Source of the DNA: an uncultured virus (IMG/VR IMGVR_UViG_2897109615_000002)
Lineage: Duplodnaviria; Heunggongvirae; Uroviricota; Caudoviricetes
Virus record (IMG/VR): IMGVR_UViG_2897109615_000002
Span: 62,001 to 126,000 of that record
Reading direction: 5' to 3' (one strand)
DNA: 64,000 nt
Under the pieces are notes generated by a model. It did no database searches. It was given only the letters and a program-made list of their open reading frames with translations, and was not told where the DNA came from. Below, piece by piece: positions 9,074 to 18,053 of this stretch. The position numbers and the translations under genes are program-made. How positions within the stretch are numbered: position 1 is the first letter of the stretch; each line of letters begins with the position of its first letter.

Positions 9074-10675
9074 TTATGATGTAAGCATGAGAATCTTCGA
9101 TGTATCCAGGATATAATAAGAAGCGTTATTTACCGTTTCATTATAAGATTGCGCACCCTCAAAATTATTGATTACGTCTTTTTCTTCTGCTGTCATATCC
9201 TGATATTTTACCTTGCCATACGAAGGAGGAAGCCAGTTTTTCTTTTGGCTGCCAAAAATATTAAATTTCTTGAGAATTTCCATATCTTTAAACTCAATGT
9301 GACATGTCCCTTTTTTATAGAAAGAGACATAAAAGTACTTTAATTCTAGTTTTTTCGTTTCGCCGTAATGCTCAGCTAGCTTTAAAGTTTCATCTATGTT
9401 TATGTCTTCTGTTAACCCATTGTCAAGGTAATTGAAAACTTTTTCGACATCCTTCAACTTTTCTAAGACCTTGTAGTCTGTTGGATTATACCGACCATCT
9501 AGCCAGCTATACACGTTCAATGGGATAATTATTTTTTTATTAATTTTATATGATTTATTTGTTTTCCACCCATTATATAAGTGCACATTTTTTGATGATT
9601 CATCATAGTAATGCTTGTGGCTAAATTCTTCAAAAAGATTAAGTATTGTATCTTCTACGCCCTGCGTCATCTCTTTGCTCATCTGAATTCTTAATGTATA
9701 GATATTGAACAAAGAAAAGTCATAATCTTTTAATTCCTCAACGTGCTGCAAGTATTTTTGTTTTAGGTTGCTTGTAAAGAGCCCCATAAACTGATCATTG
9801 TTAAATAACGTATTCCAATACTTCGCCCTAATTTGTTTTATATATGCGTTCTCTATGTCATTTTCTTCGGTATTCTTATCTATTTGCAGCTTCAATATTG
9901 GCGTACTGTCATCATTGAAACTATGCAGCATTAAGGGTTTCAAAATGTTGTATTCATTGATTAATTTTAAACCCGCTTTTATTTCATAGTTGAATTGTTC
10001 TACAATTCCTTTTATAAAGTCTACATTCACCAACTGTGTTGCTTTATAATCCTCATTAATTTTATAAGACTCATCCTTTTTCAATTCTTCTATTAGAACG
10101 CTGCTATATTCTTGTTTTTCAATGCTTATATATATTAGCGCCGTTTCAACTTCTGTGTTTCGCTCTGAGTTCGAAAAAGCGTTTTGAATGTATTCAACTT
10201 CTGCATTTATTTCCTCTAGCTTACGTATAAGAAATTTCCTGTCGTTTGAATACGGATTTTTTAATGTTTCGGCATTTAGTAAGCAAACAATTTGGCCGGA
10301 TCTTTGTTGCTTTTCAATTAATTCAATCGCCTTTAATAAATGTTTAACACCGCTACTAAAAGGTGGATTCATAAAAATCAAATCATACTTCTTGTAAGTG
10401 TTAAACGTCAGAAAATCGTCTGCTACCACTCTATAACTTTTCCCCTCAAGGATGTGCCTTAAGTTTTCATCTTGTTCAATTGAATCAATATCATATTTCG
10501 AATTCCCTCTATAGTTCTTGGTGTTTTTGAATTGATTGTGAATAGCTTCTACCAAATCCCCTTTACCTGCTGACGGCTCTAAAACAGACTTAATATGCTT
10601 CCATTCTATTTTTGATGTCATTTTTCGGATTAACTGTGCTGGTGTCGGATAAAAATCCGGATTATCTTTAAACAT
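9074..10675 (-). CDS. SAM-dependent amino (adenine) DNA methyltransferase with DUF4942-like C-terminus
   Basis: Motif I VLEPSAGKG, motif IV MNPPF; C-terminal YKKGTCHIEF. Confidence 0.85.
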   Translation of the reverse strand: MFKDNPDFYPTPAQLIRKMTSKIEWKHIKSVLEPSAGKGDLVEAIHNQFKNTKNYRGNSKYDIDSIEQDENLRHILEGKSYRVVADDFLTFNTYKKYDLIFMNPPFSSGVKHLLKAIELIEKQQRSGQIVCLLNAETLKNPYSNDRKFLIRKLEEINAEVEYIQNAFSNSERNTEVETALIYISIEKQEYSSVLIEELKKDESYKINEDYKATQLVNVDFIKGIVEQFNYEIKAGLKLINEYNILKPLMLHSFNDDSTPILKLQIDKNTEENDIENAYIKQIRAKYWNTLFNNDQFMGLFTSNLKQKYLQHVEELKDYDFSLFNIYTLRIQMSKEMTQGVEDTILNLFEEFSHKHYYDESSKNVHLYNGWKTNKSYKINKKIIIPLNVYSWLDGRYNPTDYKVLEKLKDVEKVFNYLDNGLTEDINIDETLKLAEHYGETKKLELKYFYVSFYKKGTCHIEFKDMEILKKFNIFGSQKKNWLPPSYGKVKYQDMTAEEKDVINNFEGAQSYNETVNNASYYILDTSKILMLTS

Positions 10676-10723
10676 TTTGATCTCCCCTTTTTAGGGAATG
10701 AGATTTTCCCATCCCCTATAAGT

Positions 10724-12610
10724 TTATAAATTAGGCTTGTACGTGTTGATTATTGGTTTGAAGCTTTTTTTATTTAAGTAACCTAAAACCTCATCAAATT
10801 GTCTTTTGTCACAAGAGTGGTACTTACTATGAATTATTTTCATTCCACCTGGTTTAACCTCTATATTATTCAATACTGTTTCGGGAAGTGAGTGCCACCC
10901 TTTGAACATCAATAATTCTGAATAGAAGTGACGATAATATAATTTTCTTTTATTTTCAGACTGGTATGTCAACTTGACTGCATTATCATATTGGGCATAT
11001 TTAGTTGGCCGGTAACTGTTATATGTTATTCTTTCAGTAATTAAAGATCCAAGATCAGATATGTGAAACAGAGTATATTTTTCACCTTTTTCAAGATCAG
11101 CATTTTTAAATTGTTCTTGAATGCTGTCAACTTCATGGAGAATTCTGTATAAAGCAGTTTTTAATTTTTCTGTATCTGCTTGTTGGATAACATTTTTACT
11201 CAAATTTAAATTATTCAATTTCAATTTTTCTTTGAGTGAAGTTTTATATTTGTCCCAGTCTTCATTATTCCAGGTTAGAAATATATTTAATTCTTCAATG
11301 ACTGAGCTAGAAAGATCTTCTATTTTTCTTGCTTGATATTTTAACTCGTCTAATTCTCCTTCTTTTATCGCTTGTTTATGAGAAATCGCCTTTTCAATTT
11401 TTGCATTATCCACTAAACCAACATACCTTGAATAAGAATGGCCTTGAGCGTCTATAATAAATTGCAATTTCCCTCCGTAGTACACTCCTACGCCATATAA
11501 ATTCCATTTAACTGTGTTCTTTTCTAAATCGTCCATATTATAATAATCAATCATTGAATTGATCCGGTTGTCTTCCGTAAAACTTCCACCGGTTTCCGCA
11601 AGAAAATCAAAATCATTTAAAAGCAAGTTAGAAAAGTTGTTTAAAGCTTCTTCAGTATTGAAATGCACTTCTTTTGTAATTTTCACATTTTCAAGTCTGT
11701 AGTCACCTCTAGCAACCTCGTCTTTATATTGATCAAGTGTTTGATTTTTGTTTAAGTTGGCAAACTGTGCATCAATAACAAAATACTTTTGATCTTCATT
11801 CAGTTGTTTTACTACAATGCTGCTATAGATATTTTCTGCTTGTTTCTTTTCTTCTTGTTGCCGTCTCTTATATTCAGCATTTTTAAGCTCTTGCTCTTTT
11901 AAATACTCATTAAGTTCTTTTTCTTTTCTCGCTTTCTCGGCTTCTTCGAATTCTTCCATCTTTGAATCAAACAGTGCCATATCTTCTTTAATTTCTTCTG
12001 TTTGTTCTGTCACTGTGTATTCCCAGTCCAATGAAACTCGACCATAAAAGTTGTAACTACCTGCGTAATCAGTGTATGGATCTGCTGGGCTGTAGCAATG
12101 GCGATAATTGTTTAAAAGACTGTTGCAATAACCATAAATCGCAGTCAAATAAGCTGACCCTTTTTCATATGGACTTGATTTGATTGTGATGTTAATAGTG
12201 CTATGTAAATAGCTTCCCCCAGTAGTAACAGAGAATTTGCATTGTGGGAAACGTTGTCTTATATGCTTTCTTATTTCCTTTGCCATTTCTTTTACTTCTT
12301 GTTCCTTATTTACTTCTACTTCACTCCATTGTGTTGCATCCCACAGACCCATTTTTACACCCTTAGCTTTCTTTTTAGTTTTAGTGATTGTTTTAGAAGA
12401 TGAGACTTCTTGTTTAGTGACACCATTAGCGACCTGCATTGATTTTTCTGTCCGTTTGCTCCACCAACATTTTTTGAATCCAGAGTATCGAAAACCGTTT
12501 GATTTAAGATGAGTTAAAACCTCTTGTTCTGGTTTACTATCAAAATAAAGTTCAATTCCGTTTAACTCTTCGTTAATTCTTAAAACAGCTGTCATTTTCA
12601 ACCTCTCCAT
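10724..12610 (-). CDS. Multidomain protein with LPD29-like (large polyvalent protein) domain
   Basis: N-terminal GIELYFDSKP...GFRYS module; AKEIRKHIRQRFPQCKFSV motif. Confidence 0.65.
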   Translation of the reverse strand: MERLKMTAVLRINEELNGIELYFDSKPEQEVLTHLKSNGFRYSGFKKCWWSKRTEKSMQVANGVTKQEVSSSKTITKTKKKAKGVKMGLWDATQWSEVEVNKEQEVKEMAKEIRKHIRQRFPQCKFSVTTGGSYLHSTINITIKSSPYEKGSAYLTAIYGYCNSLLNNYRHCYSPADPYTDYAGSYNFYGRVSLDWEYTVTEQTEEIKEDMALFDSKMEEFEEAEKARKEKELNEYLKEQELKNAEYKRRQQEEKKQAENIYSSIVVKQLNEDQKYFVIDAQFANLNKNQTLDQYKDEVARGDYRLENVKITKEVHFNTEEALNNFSNLLLNDFDFLAETGGSFTEDNRINSMIDYYNMDDLEKNTVKWNLYGVGVYYGGKLQFIIDAQGHSYSRYVGLVDNAKIEKAISHKQAIKEGELDELKYQARKIEDLSSSVIEELNIFLTWNNEDWDKYKTSLKEKLKLNNLNLSKNVIQQADTEKLKTALYRILHEVDSIQEQFKNADLEKGEKYTLFHISDLGSLITERITYNSYRPTKYAQYDNAVKLTYQSENKRKLYYRHFYSELLMFKGWHSLPETVLNNIEVKPGGMKIIHSKYHSCDKRQFDEVLGYLNKKSFKPIINTYKPNL

Positions 12611-12901
12611 TCTTTATCACAATTTTATTTTCACTCTAAATGTATGTAATTCTTTGACTTGATTTAATTTTAACATGATCACTTTAAATATTCAATAGTT
12701 ATTTTATTTTTATTCTAAAAAAAGAAAAACATATTATCGAGGTTCAGCTTGCTGAAACGAGACGGCCGTAAAGGCACTTTCTTTACGGACGAATTTATTA
12801 TTTTTTATTTAATTATTTTTCTGGTTCTCCTTAAGACTTAGGCTCTAAAACCCTTGATATGACTGGCTTATTTTTTAAGTTTAAGAGGTTTGTCCTCTTT
12901 A

Positions 12902-14119
12902 TCAGGTATCTAGCCAGTTTGTGAGCAGCTTCCTCATTCTTAAAGAAGGTATGTACAATGTTATTTCTTCTCCATCCCTAATAGCAGACCTCCATACCCA
13001 TTGCACTAACTCAGACAATGCAAATGCGTCCTGGTCTATTGTAATACTGTACTTTTCTTTAAAATAATTATACAGAACAGTATTCGTATATCTGTTTATT
13101 GTATATGCTAAGTGTTTCTTATGCTTAAACTCATTTGTTGCACGTGCATTACATGAAACAAATCCCTTTGTATACCCATTGCCCTTTATTCTGTTCTTAT
13201 GGTCTGAATAAGTCGTCCACATAGCTTCATCACTTGACGACTTAACAATATTATTAAAGTAATTGAATACATTGTTCTTCACCTTTTTGATTGTGTAAGG
13301 TGATTTATTTTTATACCAATTAGAAGACAGTGAAAACTCCAGTTGTCCTATTGTGTTTAGATTACCTTCATATATTTTTATTTTGTTTCTTAACTCTTTC
13401 TTAAAGATCCTTTCATAATCAGTACTGTGATCAATGAACCTATACTGCCCATCCATGTAAGCTGAAATGTACTTTTGATACTTAATGTTGTTCAGATCGT
13501 AGTAATATTTTTGTATTTGAGCATCAAACATATATGTAAGTATGTAAACCTCCTTGAATAACTGGAATACGTCGGCAGGAAAGTTCCAAATCAATATATT
13601 ATCTTTGAAATACATTAGATTGTTATTTAACGCCATATCTCGAATGTCATCGTATCGTGTTTCATAGTCTTTTTTTTCTTCATTCCATTTGACAAAACCG
13701 TTTTCAACATAAATCAAATTGGAATCAAACAGTGTTGTTAAATCATGTTTCTTCACCTGTAATTGTTCCACTACTTCCATGACTTCATCTAATATCAGTG
13801 TGTAATTGCCTGCAAGTATAAGTTCCTTTGTCTCGTCGTTTGCGTTTTTAAAAAGGTTATGAGTTGCCACAATGTTTTTATTTTGTGATAAGAGTTCGTG
13901 AAAGGATTCAAACTTATATTGTGTTTTATCACCTTTCTTCTTTACTTTAGGTTCGAAAAATTGTTTGGACTTTATGCTTTTCTTTATGCGCTCAACTTCA
14001 TTTAAATAAGGTGTGATGAATATAAAGGTTTCTTCTTTACCAGCAGAATTCATTTTGTTAATCGCTGCAGATGTTTTACCGCTCCCCATAACCGAATCAA
14101 TTATTTTAATTTTATTCAT
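12902..14119 (-). CDS. yonV: YonV-like SF2 helicase-related P-loop protein
   Basis: Walker A DSVMGSGKTS, Walker B LILDEV, QWVWRSAIR; position downstream of the yonT locus. Confidence 0.8.
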   Translation of the reverse strand: MNKIKIIDSVMGSGKTSAAINKMNSAGKEETFIFITPYLNEVERIKKSIKSKQFFEPKVKKKGDKTQYKFESFHELLSQNKNIVATHNLFKNANDETKELILAGNYTLILDEVMEVVEQLQVKKHDLTTLFDSNLIYVENGFVKWNEEKKDYETRYDDIRDMALNNNLMYFKDNILIWNFPADVFQLFKEVYILTYMFDAQIQKYYYDLNNIKYQKYISAYMDGQYRFIDHSTDYERIFKKELRNKIKIYEGNLNTIGQLEFSLSSNWYKNKSPYTIKKVKNNVFNYFNNIVKSSSDEAMWTTYSDHKNRIKGNGYTKGFVSCNARATNEFKHKKHLAYTINRYTNTVLYNYFKEKYSITIDQDAFALSELVQWVWRSAIRDGEEITLYIPSLRMRKLLTNWLDT

Positions 14120-14198
14120 AATATATACAGACTTCCCCCTTTAAATTAAAAATAAAGGAACGGATAAATGTTTTACCGCTCCTTCTCATGTATGAAAT

Positions 14199-14447
14199 TC
14201 AATTGTTGATTCTTTCTTCAAGATCATGAATACGTCTTTCAAGTCCAGAGAATTTCTTATCATTGTATCGGTGGTCACTTTCAATATTCTTGTTAATAAT
14301 CTTAAGCATGGATACAACCTCTGCAGGTTCATTTTCTTCGATCCGTTTAACCGTTTCTTTAATATCCTTAACGTCCTGCTTAATTGTGTTAATATCCTTG
14401 GATAGTTGTTGTATCGCTTCAAGGATCTGAATTTCCATTCCGCTCAC
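14199..14447 (-). CDS. YonU-like coiled-coil protein
   Basis: LEAIQQLSKDINTIKQD heptads; synteny. Confidence 0.6.
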   Translation of the reverse strand: MSGMEIQILEAIQQLSKDINTIKQDVKDIKETVKRIEENEPAEVVSMLKIINKNIESDHRYNDKKFSGLERRIHDLEERINN

Positions 14448-14474
14448 CTCTAATAAGCTTAGTATAGCATGATG

Positions 14475-14693
14475 TCAGTTAGATTTGTTTACCTTCTTTT
14501 GGCGTATAACAAAGTAAGCGATCCATAACAAAATGATAATGATACACGTTACTATGAAGATAGCCGTAATAAGAGACTGTATTCCGCTGCTGAAGTAATC
14601 TTTGATGAAGAGGAACAATAAGAATAAAACAACAAATGTTATGTTCGTAAACCATAATGAAATTCGTTTCATGTTTACAATGTGCTTGTCCAT
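14475..14693 (-). CDS. yoyJ: Two-TM small protein, YoyJ-like
   Basis: Two hydrophobic helices; directly downstream of yonT. Confidence 0.65.
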   Translation of the reverse strand: MDKHIVNMKRISLWFTNITFVVLFLLFLFIKDYFSSGIQSLITAIFIVTCIIIILLWIAYFVIRQKKVNKSN

Positions 14694-14706
14694 GTTATAA
14701 TATGGG

Positions 14707-14808
14707 TAGTGACTAAAGGGGAATTAATCCCCTTTAGCGTGTTATCTGCGTATACGTTTGCGTTGTCTCTTGCTACGGAGGCGCTTGCGTGTACGCTTTT
14801 TCTTTTTG
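14707..14808 (+). ncRNA. SR6-like antisense antitoxin RNA
   Basis: Plus-strand promoter TTTACA-16-TATAAT with extended TG (14674-14701); hairpin CTAAAGGGG...CCCCTTTAG; terminator GCGTATACG...CGTGTACGC plus U-tract antisense to the yonT 3' end. Confidence 0.75.
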
Positions 14809-14921
14809 CTTTCTTTATTCTTCATCAGGTTTTGAATCTTCTCAGCTATCGTTAAACAGTTGATGATTAAAACCGTGATAGGAATAAGGAAAGCAATTGT
14901 TATACCCACTTTCTCAAGCAC
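14742..14921 (-). CDS. yonT: Type I toxin YonT
   Basis: GTG start after AAAGGAGGTG; MLEKVGITIAFLIPITVL TM helix with highly basic tail KRQRKRIRR. Confidence 0.88.
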   Translation of the reverse strand: MLEKVGITIAFLIPITVLIINCLTIAEKIQNLMKNKESKKKKRTRKRLRSKRQRKRIRR

Positions 14922-15029
14922 TATGTACACCTCCTTTCCTATAACTCTATTATAGCACATTTTTCTTACAAAGTCATTTTATTTTTACTCTAAATATGGA
15001 TTTTTTAAATTATTTTGGACTATTATTCA

Positions 15030-15845
15030 TGTGTGTATAGGCTGTATAAGGCGTGTATGTGGATTGGATACCAATGATACTATGATCAAATTAAAATTGA
15101 TTCTAGGTGGATTAGAATGCTTCTGATGATGTGTGGTTAGTGTGTATAGGATGGATATATGATGTATGGTGAAGGAAACGGATAGAGATGATTAGGTAAG
15201 GTTAAGGGTGGATGTAATGAGATGAGAAGGAATATGATTAGGATGAATATAAAATAGGTGTTTGGATTAGATGAGTAAATTGTATAGATTAAAAATAAGA
15301 CTTCGATTTGCTTCCTTTCGTTATATACACGATTATTTTTAATGAATGGGTATTCACTTTTAAGTTGACCGCTTAATTATTTTTTTCAAAAATAAATATT
15401 GTTTTTCATTTGAAATTGTGTTAGCTGTACAAATTTATCAGTTAAATCATAAAAACCCTACATAACGTATCTTATATAGGGAATTCAATACCAATATATA
15501 GGGGGTATATTAACATCTAAAGGCTAAAAAACAGGAACAAATGTACCCCTAGCACTTCCATTTCCACACCCAACTTATTTTTTCACTTTCCCATTTTTCA
15601 ACCTATTTTCGCATCGTAATCGCTATCGTAAAAGCCTATAATATCAATGTTTTTCCACCCCTTATTCTCCCCTTTTTCATCAGATTTTTAACTCAACGAC
15701 CACTTCTCCTCTCTCCTGCCTACGTTTTACGATCACAAAACACCTATTATCCCCTTTGACAGCTCTAAAACAATGCTATATCAACTAAATAACCCTTTCC
15801 GACCTTCATTTACGATAAGCACTTTTTTAACTCACGATCACCAAG
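15030..15845. other. Non-coding locus with mirror-image G/C strand skew (candidate replication origin or packaging site)
   Basis: 15124-15300 has only one C on the plus strand; 15546-15840 is C-rich and G-poor; AT-rich centre with an inverted repeat. Confidence 0.5.
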
Positions 15846-15903
15846 GGGGGTCATAAAAAATCAAAATAAAAAAGCCACCATAATAGGCAGCCTCCCTTTA
15901 AAA

Positions 15904-17015
15904 TTAGCGCTTTAGTCTCTTCAGTGCCTCCATATACGAGGTCTTTTTCGATTCCTTGTTCTCCAGTTTTTTCGGTTTAAATAAATCCTCTCTACGGCGA
16001 TTCTTCGCTTTATAAACAGTTGTTTCTTTAACTTCAGTGTTCCCATTTTCAATTAAATCATCTAACTGCTTCATTCGCTCATTGATCCAGGTTAATCCAC
16101 TAAGAATCGTTATCGCCCTATTACCTTTATCATATGCCCTTTAAATAAGTCTAGGGGCATCTTGTTATCAAAGACATTAAACAGCTCATTATACGATATA
16201 TGCTCCGTTAAAAACTCATGAACATCCAGGATAACACCAGCTCTCATCACATTTGCAAACTCAACAGGAGTAAATATCGAATTGTTCCACGACTTCTGTA
16301 TATCTTCATGTAGCTTATCAAAATACTTGCCCTCATTTGTAAATTCATTGAGGTCTGTTTGAGCAATAGTCATGATTCCTGGTGTGTCAAAAAGCTGATT
16401 TAAATCCTTCCTGTCTAAAGTGCTGATTTTTGACCCTCTGTCTGTGTAATTGAGTAAGACTTCAATTAAATCAAGGAACATCTTGTTTGTCTCCTTGTAA
16501 AGCCTGCTCTCTGAAATCTTTCCATCATATTTACTCAAAACCATTTGATTATCCAAAGGTAAAACACATGTTTCTGGCATAGATAAGTCATCAAGTAGCT
16601 CCAGTGAATTCATCTGGTTAACCAATACCTCATTATTGTCAGGAAGGATTGGTACAGCCACTATTGTTTTATGTGTAAGACATTCGTTTAACAATTCTAA
16701 TAATATAGGAGCTACCCCTGAACCGGTTCCACCAGCTGCAGAGAAAACAACAAAAATAACTTGTACTGAAGGTTTTTCCATTGTGTTCTTTATAAACTCA
16801 ATTGATGACTCCCAGTTATTTTTCATATGTTTCGCTGCTACGCTTCTATCTTTACCTACTCCTTCTGTCCCTACCAGATGAAGCTTATCTTGAATATTGA
16901 TTAATGAATTAAGGTCTGAAAGTGAATAATTTATTGCAACAGAATGAAATCCCCTCTTCATTGCTTCATCCGCTATACTTCCACCGGCCTGACCAACTCC
17001 AATAAATCCAAACAT
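15904..17015 (-). CDS. Tubulin/FtsZ-family GTPase (TubZ-like), with a 1-nt frameshift near 16135
   Basis: GVGQAGG, GVGKD and AAGGTGSG tubulin signature, LDRKD; C-terminus continues in another frame (YDKGNRAITILSGL...RLKR*) to the stop at 15904. Confidence 0.85.
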
Positions 17016-17299
17016 TAAACCCTCTCCCCTTCTAATTGGTATCTCAAAGCTTCTTGTCCATATTGAGTAATAAAAACTGTATGCTCTTTGCTGTTTTTCA
17101 CTATATTGATAAACTGCAAGGCCTCAAGACGATCGATGCTCTTTCTAAAGGTAGCATCAGTTAACTGAGTTTTTTCTTGAATGGTTTTCTTCCTAATTGA
17201 TTTAAACTTTAAATCAGCCCCTTCATCGCTCAATAAGCCTAGAATATACAGATCATTTCGAGTTAAATTATCAATGACTGAATCAAAATAAGTATCCAT
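17015..17299 (-). CDS. Winged-helix DNA-binding protein (TubR-like adaptor candidate)
   Basis: ATG 17299 after AAGGAGG; TDATFRKSIDRLEALQFI...VFITQYG wHTH; translationally coupled to the tubulin gene. Confidence 0.7.
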   Translation of the reverse strand: MDTYFDSVIDNLTRNDLYILGLLSDEGADLKFKSIRKKTIQEKTQLTDATFRKSIDRLEALQFINIVKNSKEHTVFITQYGQEALRYQLEGERV

Positions 17300-17477
17300 G
17301 TAACCCCTCCTTAATATCTGATGATTTTGAAGTATCTTGGTTGATATACGATTATTATATTGTTTATTTGCATTTAAATGCAAATATTTTTGTATCTTAA
17401 TGCAAATATTCACACTCTGCTTGTATGTAAACCAGTCATTTTATAAAATTTATTCAAACAGCAAAAGGATGATTTAA

Positions 17478-17714
17478 ATGGAATATAGGGTTAAAAGTAA
17501 GTTGGATTCATTTCTAAACAGCAAAGGTATCGAAAAAGGCTGGTTAGCAGAGCAAATAAAAGCTGAAAGAGCAAGTATATCTAGATGGTGTAAAAATGAC
17601 AGCGAGGGATTTGCAACCGTCCTCCCTAGTACATACAACCTTTTATTGATGGCACATATTCTAAATTGTAAAGTTGACGATCTCTTTGAATTAATCGAAA
17701 TTAAATCCAATTAA
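17478..17714 (+). CDS. XRE-family HTH regulator
   Basis: KGWLAEQIKAERASISRW; divergent from the tubRZ-like operon. Confidence 0.85.
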   Translation: MEYRVKSKLDSFLNSKGIEKGWLAEQIKAERASISRWCKNDSEGFATVLPSTYNLLLMAHILNCKVDDLFELIEIKSN

Positions 17715-17729
17715 CTTTGGATTTTTATG

Positions 17730-17758
17730 TTTACAAGAGTAAAAATAAAATATATAAT
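17730..17758 (+). promoter_or_regulatory. SigA promoter whose spacer is the repeated 17-mer
   Basis: TTTACA-AGAGTAAAAATAAAATA-TATAAT. Confidence 0.7.
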
Positions 17759-17833
17759 AAAGACACAACCACATGAAGTGGTCTTTATTTTAAACATTTT
17801 AAGAGTAAAAATAAAATAGTATGGAGGTGTAAG

Positions 17834-18013
17834 ATGCAAAAGCAGTATTTATTTAGTCATTTAATGGGGTTTATTGAGGGGAAAGTAGTCGATGGGACAG
17901 CAACACCCGAAGAAGAATACCTTTATCAGGATTACAAGTGGTACGGAAAGATTAATAAGCAAAGCTTTACATATCGAAGTTTAGTAAATCAATATCTTAA
18001 TAGCGAATATTAA
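17834..18013 (+). CDS. 59-aa hypothetical protein (not in the ORF track)
   Basis: GGAGGTG RBS; MQKQYLFSHLMGFIEGKVVDGTATPEEE...*. Confidence 0.7.
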   Translation: MQKQYLFSHLMGFIEGKVVDGTATPEEEYLYQDYKWYGKINKQSFTYRSLVNQYLNSEY

Positions 18014-18053
18014 GCACTTATAGAGTAAAAATAAAATAATTGGAGGGGATTGA

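Noticed and set aside
16125..16145. Programmed -1 frameshift in the tubulin gene
   Set aside because: No in-frame X XXY YYZ slippery site, and the -1 frame has a stop just upstream; a 1-nt deletion is simpler
15904..17015. Phage-nucleus (PhuZ/chimallin) system
   Set aside because: No chimallin-like gene is recognisable; context fits a TubZR-type pair
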